Assembly (NCBI GenBank): GCA_963682135.1
Contig: OY821645.1
Location: 1,824,001 to 1,888,000, forward strand
From: Methanothrix sp.
Lineage (GTDB): Archaea; Halobacteriota; Methanosarcinia; Methanotrichales; Methanotrichaceae
DNA: 64,000 nt
Direction: 5' to 3'
Under the pieces are notes generated by a model. The model was given only the letters and a program-made list of their open reading frames with translations. It was not told the DNA's origin and made no database searches. A program made the translations under genes and the position numbers. This document shows positions 57,983 through 64,000 of this stretch, piece after piece. Numbering within the stretch: position 1 is the first letter of the stretch; each line of letters starts with the position of its first letter.

Positions 57983-60900
57983 GAAGTCCCGATGAATAGG
58001 AATGTTTTTGACCAACTCATATTATTATCTTCTTAGAGAAGACCAACTGCCATGGGAGATAAGCGATGAGTGATGTTATCAAGTCGTATCTGGCTGAAAT
58101 TGATAGAGAATTCAAGACGGGAAGGGCGACGGAACATACTCATCGTCCGGCTTTAAAGAATCTGATCGAATCTCTGGTCCCAGGAGTCAGGGCCACCAAT
58201 GAGCCGAAAAGAGTAGAATGCGGCGCACCGGATTTCATCCTGCGTCGGGATGGCCTTTCCATCGGCTATGTGGAGACCAAAGACCTTGGCAAGTCTCTGG
58301 ATGAGGCTGAGGATTCCGGCCAATTGCAGCGTTACAAAAAGTCTCTGCCCAACTTGATCCTGACCGACTACCTGGAATTTCGCTGGTTTGTGGACGGGCA
58401 GCTTCGAGACAGCGCCCGGCTGGGCAGGATTGGAAAGGGAAACAAGATCCTGCCGGATAAGAATGGAATTGAGGAGACGGTGCAGCTTCTCAAGCTCTTT
58501 CTGGAAAGCCGGCCCCAGCCCATCACCACGCCCAAAGATCTCTCGGAGAGGGCGGCAAAGCTGGCTCACATTATCCGGGATACGATTGTAGAAGCCTTTG
58601 AAAAAGAGAGAGCGTCACAAGACCTCAAAGATCTGCGTGATGCCTTCGCGGAGGTGCTCATTCCTGATTTAAACAAGCCGGAGAAGGTGGCCGAGTTCGC
58701 AGACATGTATGCTCAGACCATAGTCTACGGGCTTTTTGCGGCGCGGGTCAATCACAAGGGACCCGGTCCCTTCCAGCGGCTGGGTGCCTCCCGTGAGATT
58801 CCCAAGACCAATCCGTTTCTGAAAAAGCTCTTCGACAGCATCACCGGCTCCAGTCTGGATGAGGAGCCTTATGTTGATTTTGTGGACGATCTGGTGCAGA
58901 TCCTGGCCAACACGGATATGGAGAAGGTGCTGGAGAACTTCGGCAAACGCACCAAGCAGGAAGACCCGATTGTGCATTTCTACGAGACATTCCTGGCGGC
59001 CTACGATCCCAAGACGCGGGAGAAGCGGGGCGTTTACTACACTCCGGAGCCTGTGGTGCAGTACATCGTCAAGTCGGTGGACCACATCCTGAAGACGCGC
59101 TTCGGCCTGGAGGGCGGGCTGGCCCACACCGCAGACATCGTCGAGTACGACCGGGAGGAGGCATTCCTGGATGAGCAGGGCAGGCCGGACAGAAGCAAGC
59201 TCCTCAAGGTCGTGGCGGAGGAGCGGCCCAAGGTGCTGATACTCGATCCCGCCTGCGGAACCGGGACATTTCTCTATGCCGTGATGGACCATATCCGGGA
59301 CGAGTTCATGAAGCGAGGGGACGCCGGGCTCTGGTCTGCTTACGTGCGGGATCACCTGCTGCCTCGCCTGTTCGGCTTTGAGCTGCTCATGGCGCCTTAC
59401 GCCGTGGCCCATTTTAAGCTGGGCATGCAGCTTGCGGGCTACGATCTGCCCAAAGAGCAGCAAAAGCAATGGCAGTACGATTTTAAGGGTGACGAGCGGC
59501 TGGGGATTTACCTCACCAACACTCTGGACGAGGCTCCTAGCGAGTGGCAGAAGCTCTTTGGCGCTTACCGCATCCTTAGCGAAGAAGCGAACGCGGCTTC
59601 TAGGGTGAAACGAGATCTGCCGATAATGGTAGTACTGGGAAATCCGCCATACTCGGGACATTCTGCTAATAGTAGCTGGGAAACGGTGGGGAAGAAAAAG
59701 AAGCTGAACTTCATCGGCCAATTGCTGCAGGATTACTATTTCTTAGATGGGAAGCCATTGGGTGAAAAAAATCCAAAATGGCTACAGGATGATTATGTGA
59801 AATTCATCCGCTGGGGACAATGGAGAATCGAACACACTGGCTCAGGAGTTCTCGCCCTAATTACCAATCATGGTTATCTGGACAATCCGACCTTCAGAGG
59901 AATGCGTCAGCATTTAATGAGTACATTCAATGAAATTTATATTTTAGACTTGCATGGAAACTCAAAGAAAAGAGAATGTTCTCCCGATGGCTCCCAAGAT
60001 AAAAATGTGTTTGATATAATGCCAGGAGTATCTATCGGTATTTTTATAAAACTCAAAAATAAGAAAGATACTGCTAAAATGTATCATGCAGAATTATGGG
60101 GATTGCGAGAACACAAATATGAAGTGCTATCCAAACAGGACGTTCAAAATACAACATGGAATATTTTATCACCCGATTCGCCATTTTACCTCTTTGTTCC
60201 TAGAGATAAGGGTGTTTCGTCCGAATTTCTATCAGAAATTAAACTAACTGAAATTTTTCAGACAAATGTCTTAGGATTCCAAACGCATCGTGATCATTTT
60301 TCGGTTGACTTTGAAAAAGATAATATTCATAAAAAAATGAGAGACTTCTGCAACGCATCAATAAGTGATGATGTGTTACGTGAACAATATGATTTAAAAG
60401 ATAATCGAGATTGGAAGTTGCATAATGCACGTGGTAAATTGCAGATTTGCAGTAATTGGGAACAACACATTATTAACTGCCTTTATCGCCCCTTCGATTG
60501 GCGTCCTTGTTTTTTCAACGAAATTATCATGGACTTTCCGAGAAGAGAACTATTAGACAATGTATTGTGGCATAATAATATTTGCTTATTATCTTCAAGG
60601 CAACAGGCTGTAGCGGGTTATAGACATTGTTGGGTTTCTGATGTACCTGCAAACGATTGCGTTATCTCCACGACAAGTAGAGAGGCAAATCAAGTGTTTC
60701 CACTATATGTTTATCCTGATTCCAAAAATCAGAGCAGATTCTTGGAAAAGGCTTATTCGTTGCCCGGACCCAATGGCCGCATCCCCAACCTCAATCCTGA
60801 TTTCGTCTCCGCCTTCGCCTCCCGCCTCGGTCTCAAGTTCGTCTCCGACGGCCACGGCGACCTGGTGGCCACCTTCGGCCCGGAGGACATCTTCGACTAC

Positions 60901-61191
60901 ATCTACGCCGTCTTCCACTCGCCCACCTACCGGCAGCGTTACGCCGAATTTCTGAAGATCGACTTCCCCCGCGTCCCGCTGACATCAAACCTGGAACTTT
61001 TCCGCAAGCTCTGCATTCTGGGCGAGGAACTGGTAGCGCTGCATCTGTTGGAGTCGCCTCAGCTTACTCAGCTCCTCACCCGCTATCCCGTGGCAGGAGA
61101 CAATATCGTGGAGAAAGGCTTTCCCAAATTCGTCGTCTACGACGAAGGTAAACCAGGCTATGTTTACATCAACAAGACGCAATACTTCGAG

Positions 61192-62839
61192 CCTGACCTC
61201 CCCATTTTTTAGGCACACATATGAATGGCATCCAGAATTTGACGCTGTTTCTTAGTGATCTCGGTCGTGATTCTTTCTCCATCCGGCAAGACCATGATCT
61301 TGATTTTTTCGAGTTCAGTGAACAATCCCTCAACCGAGTATCTTTTATTCAGCTCGGCATCGATCATCATTCGCATGAGCTTCATCCTCAAGATCAGAGC
61401 AAGGAATGAAATGAATAGGTAGCCCCTTAGACTACTGTTGGTCCTCAGGTTCGCGGGCATCAAATCGATGTCGTTCTTCAGAACATCGAATCCCTTTTCA
61501 ACGATATCCTTGCTTCTATAAAGCGCAAGACATTCCACCCACGTGAACTCGCCTCGATAAAGCAAGATAAACTTTCCCATTTTATTAATAGCCTGGGAGA
61601 CCGCATTTTTTCTAAGTGATACCTGAAACTTACCGTCTATTGCTTTCCATTCTATAAACTTGGCATCTCTTTTCGCAGTCGCCCTGAAAACTTCTCCAGG
61701 ATTCATCCAGGGTTTCAGGTTCTTGGACTTGAGCACTTCCATCAAATCGTAGAGTCGCTTATAAAACGTATTTCTTTCCTGCTGCTCTCTTTTCTGATCG
61801 TAATATGCATATCCGTTCAGCTTGTTTTCACCAACATCGATCTCTACAGGCATCACAAACAGCGGCTCTTTTTCATAGAGTTTTAGATGCTCTGGATCGT
61901 CAATGCTTTTGTGGATAGCAGATATCGCTTCTTTGACGTTCTTGAGATTACTCGTTGGCGGAATAATGAACGACAGATCTGCAGATATCATCTCCTCGAT
62001 ATTGTCGGTTGAAAAGAAGCCTCTATCCATGATCAGAGTATAATTTCTGACGCCCTGTGCATTCATTTTCTTGATAGTATTCTTAAGCGTAGATACATCT
62101 GCGATGCTTCCTGGGTAGAGATCATACATCAACGGTATGCCCAGATCTTTGTCCACGACTAGAGACAGATTGATTTGAGGCAGGTCGAGGCCATCTCGAT
62201 TATAGCCGTATTCAAGGAGGCTGATGCTCTGAGAGTAAGACGAAAAGGAGGTTATATCGTAGACTAGCGTGCTGGCTGTGGATACTTGCTCAATGAGTTT
62301 GCGAGAGAATTCCAGATTCACAGTACCTTCACCGATACTGCTTAGCATTCGTGAAAGGCTCTGTGATGATAAGGGAAGATTCGGATGGTCTTCAGACATG
62401 ACCGTACCTTCATACCAGCTCTGGATATGGGTTAGTGCTCGGGGGTGTGTGGCATAGTTCATTGCCAGTGTCAAAATCGGCCGGACTTCTTTACCAGGAA
62501 GAACATCAGAGAGGATCTTTTCTAGCTTAAGGTCCTCTGTGATCTTCTTGAGTGGAACGAATTCGCCATGCGATAGCACTTTCTTGGGGATTTGGTCTTT
62601 GGCGCGAACCTTCACGGGAACTCCATTGACATTCTTTCCCAAGTATTTGCTTTTCTGCCGAATTTGCTTCTTTTCCTTATCGTAATAAGGTGTAATTTCA
62701 TATATGTATTCCAGGCCATTTATCTTTTTGGTTCGAATAAAAGATTTCATGTTGTATTTAGGCACAGCATACTATTTATAGTTTTTGGTCATCGATGGCG
62801 AAAATTGATCAGATATGCCTAAATTTCGGGGAGCTTAGG
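61192..62839 (-). mobile_element. Complete IS1634-family insertion sequence (1648 bp), distinct from the first
   Basis: Imperfect 24-bp IRs CCTGACCTCCCCATTTTTTAGGCA and (reverse-complemented) CCTAAGCTCCCCGAAATTTAGGCA; TSD TTCGAG at 61186-61191 and 62840-62845. Confidence 0.92.
61209..62765 (-). CDS. IS1634-family DDE transposase
   Basis: YDITSFSSYS, YGYNRDGLDLPQINL, PGSIADV, IMDRGFFS, YRSKDIVEKGFDVLK. Confidence 0.93.
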   Translation of the reverse strand: MPKYNMKSFIRTKKINGLEYIYEITPYYDKEKKQIRQKSKYLGKNVNGVPVKVRAKDQIPKKVLSHGEFVPLKKITEDLKLEKILSDVLPGKEVRPILTLAMNYATHPRALTHIQSWYEGTVMSEDHPNLPLSSQSLSRMLSSIGEGTVNLEFSRKLIEQVSTASTLVYDITSFSSYSQSISLLEYGYNRDGLDLPQINLSLVVDKDLGIPLMYDLYPGSIADVSTLKNTIKKMNAQGVRNYTLIMDRGFFSTDNIEEMISADLSFIIPPTSNLKNVKEAISAIHKSIDDPEHLKLYEKEPLFVMPVEIDVGENKLNGYAYYDQKREQQERNTFYKRLYDLMEVLKSKNLKPWMNPGEVFRATAKRDAKFIEWKAIDGKFQVSLRKNAVSQAINKMGKFILLYRGEFTWVECLALYRSKDIVEKGFDVLKNDIDLMPANLRTNSSLRGYLFISFLALILRMKLMRMMIDAELNKRYSVEGLFTELEKIKIMVLPDGERITTEITKKQRQILDAIHMCA

Positions 62840-63053
62840 TTCGAGGGCGTTCCCAAGGAGGTCTGGGAGTTTCATGTGGGTGGCTACCAGGTCTGCGAGA
62901 AGTGGCTCAAGGACCGCCGGGGCAGGCAGCTCTCCTTTGACGATCTCATGCACTACCAGAAGGTGATTGTAGCCCTGGCAGAGACCCGGCGGCTGATGGA
63001 GGAGATCGATAAGGCCATACCGGGCTGGCCGATAAAATGAGAACGGATTTTTT

Positions 63054-63320
63054 TCAAGAATCTTTTCGCGCTCTTACTGCCTCAAGGCCGCGGATAAGAC
63101 TCCACCACACAAAGTAGTCCTGATCATCCCCCAGGACGCCGATTTCAAATTTATTCCAGAATTCTGAGGATGTCATGCCGTATTTTTGCTCCATATCCTT
63201 TATTTCGGAAAGAACCAGCCTCTCTCTTGTTTCGAAGAGGGCAAGCTCTCTACGAAGTGCATCCTGGATAATGGGGTCCGCATCGGCTTTCTTGGCATCA
63301 GCTCCCATAATCGTATTCAT
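63054..63320 (-). CDS. Small hypothetical protein of a putative antitoxin-like family
   Basis: EQKYGMTSSEFWNKFEIGVLGDDQDYFVW motif. Confidence 0.6.
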   Translation of the reverse strand: MNTIMGADAKKADADPIIQDALRRELALFETRERLVLSEIKDMEQKYGMTSSEFWNKFEIGVLGDDQDYFVWWSLIRGLEAVRARKDS

Positions 63321-63404
63321 ACACCGCATAAGAATAAAATCCTTATGGCCACAGACCATAAAACTTGGAACACTTCTGTAAGCTCTGCATCAGGGGTGAG
63401 GGAC

Positions 63405-63495
63405 CAGCACCGTCCACCCGCTCGCATGCGCACTTGCCCGCCCGAACGCGCCCGCGGGCAAGCTTTGCGCCGGGAGCGGGAGCCCTGTGTTGAGA
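63405..63495. repeat. Long GC-rich imperfect inverted repeat (REP/attC-like)
   Basis: Nested pairs CCCGCTC/GAGCGGG, GCGCA/TGCGC and CTTGCCCGC/GCGGGCAAG with bulges. Confidence 0.7.
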
Positions 63496-63540
63496 TTGCA
63501 GAAGAATGAATTGTCGCAGCGATAAAAACAGAAAAAAGGT

Positions 63541-63795
63541 TTACTCTGTGCTGATGGCTTGCACCGGGCAGGACTTGGCGCATCTCCCGCACCCGGTGCA
63601 CTTTTCCTTATCCACGACTGCGACGCCCTGGTCATTTAAGGATACGGCTCCAGCGGGGCACTCATCAACGCAAGCTCCACAGCCAATGCATTTGTTCTCG
63701 TCCACCGAGGCAGGCATCAATTTGGTGACTGCATAGGCTGAGCCCACCAGAAGACAGACAACAGCCAGCGCAACAATCAATCTTTTATGTTCCAT
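63541..63795 (-). CDS. 2x[4Fe-4S] ferredoxin with N-terminal signal peptide or membrane anchor
   Basis: MEHKRLIVALAVVCLLVGSAYA then CIGCGACVDECP and CTGCGRCAKSCP. Confidence 0.85.
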   Translation of the reverse strand: MEHKRLIVALAVVCLLVGSAYAVTKLMPASVDENKCIGCGACVDECPAGAVSLNDQGVAVVDKEKCTGCGRCAKSCPVQAISTE

Positions 63796-64000
63796 TTTAT
63801 CAAACACCATCCCATTTGAATCGTCATTTGAATTTGAGAATCGTTTCCTGTCGATCTCATCTTCAATATGCTCTTGCACGGAACGATATTTAAAGATAAA
63901 GGCGAACGAACGCCCTCTCCTGGATGAAGCAGACAGAGTAAAATGAATTAGGCCGTTCGTAATTTAGATCTGATCATTTTAAATGTTCTAAATTGTATTT

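Larger units (their letters stand above)
58066..63040 (+). pseudogene. Fused endonuclease/N6-adenine methyltransferase (type IIG-like, with type-ISP-like C-terminal specificity domain), interrupted by IS1634
   Basis: PDF...YVETKD nuclease; GVYYTP, ILDPACGTGTF, GNPPY. Removing the IS and one TSD joins QYFE|GVPKEVWEFHVGGYQVCEKWLKDR in frame (1106 aa). Confidence 0.9.

Noticed and set aside
57755-58020. N-terminal extension of the acylphosphatase ORF and 57781-58020 ORF
   Set aside because: They translate the non-coding repeat and toxin fragment; the paralog starts at MKLKI.
58669-59721. 350-aa minus-strand ORF
   Set aside because: Antisense to the GC-rich methyltransferase region.

Overview
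Archaeal methanogen DNA, most likely a Methanothrix (Methanosaeta)-like genome. This is inferred from fwdGBD, CetZ, EndoQ, SUI1, a CCA-less tRNA, TATA-type promoters and the style of the secreted proteins. (1) 0.5-18.4 kb: surface-glycan locus (Wzm/Wzt ABC exporter, coiled-coil SAM methyltransferase, GT4s, GT-C-like membrane protein, WcbI-like protein, and a GT2-methyltransferase-EamA/ArnEF operon). (2) 12-31 kb, interleaved with it: a cluster of secreted proteins. Four of them (beta-helix protein, C25 cysteine protease, unknown-domain protein, multicopper oxidase) each carry exactly seven W-x-x-LGG PLL/DUF346-type lectin-propeller repeats and no C-terminal membrane anchor. The leading hypothesis is a glycan-docked surface display system. 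(3) 33.7-42.8 kb: a 3009-aa DUF11 fibrillar protein with 11 near-identical 381-bp repeats that appear to have lost the isopeptide Lys/Asn pair. (4) 44-56.4 kb: housekeeping genes (tRNA-Leu, argF, fwdGBD, vWA pair, SUI1, cetZ, nadC/nadX). (5) 56.5-64 kb: defence-like island with a toxin-antitoxin pair, ~110-bp hairpin repeats, an R-M gene split by IS1634, and a ferredoxin with a signal peptide. Two complete IS1634-family elements with inverted repeats and 6-bp target duplications were delimited by eye. All family calls come from motif recognition; no searches were run.
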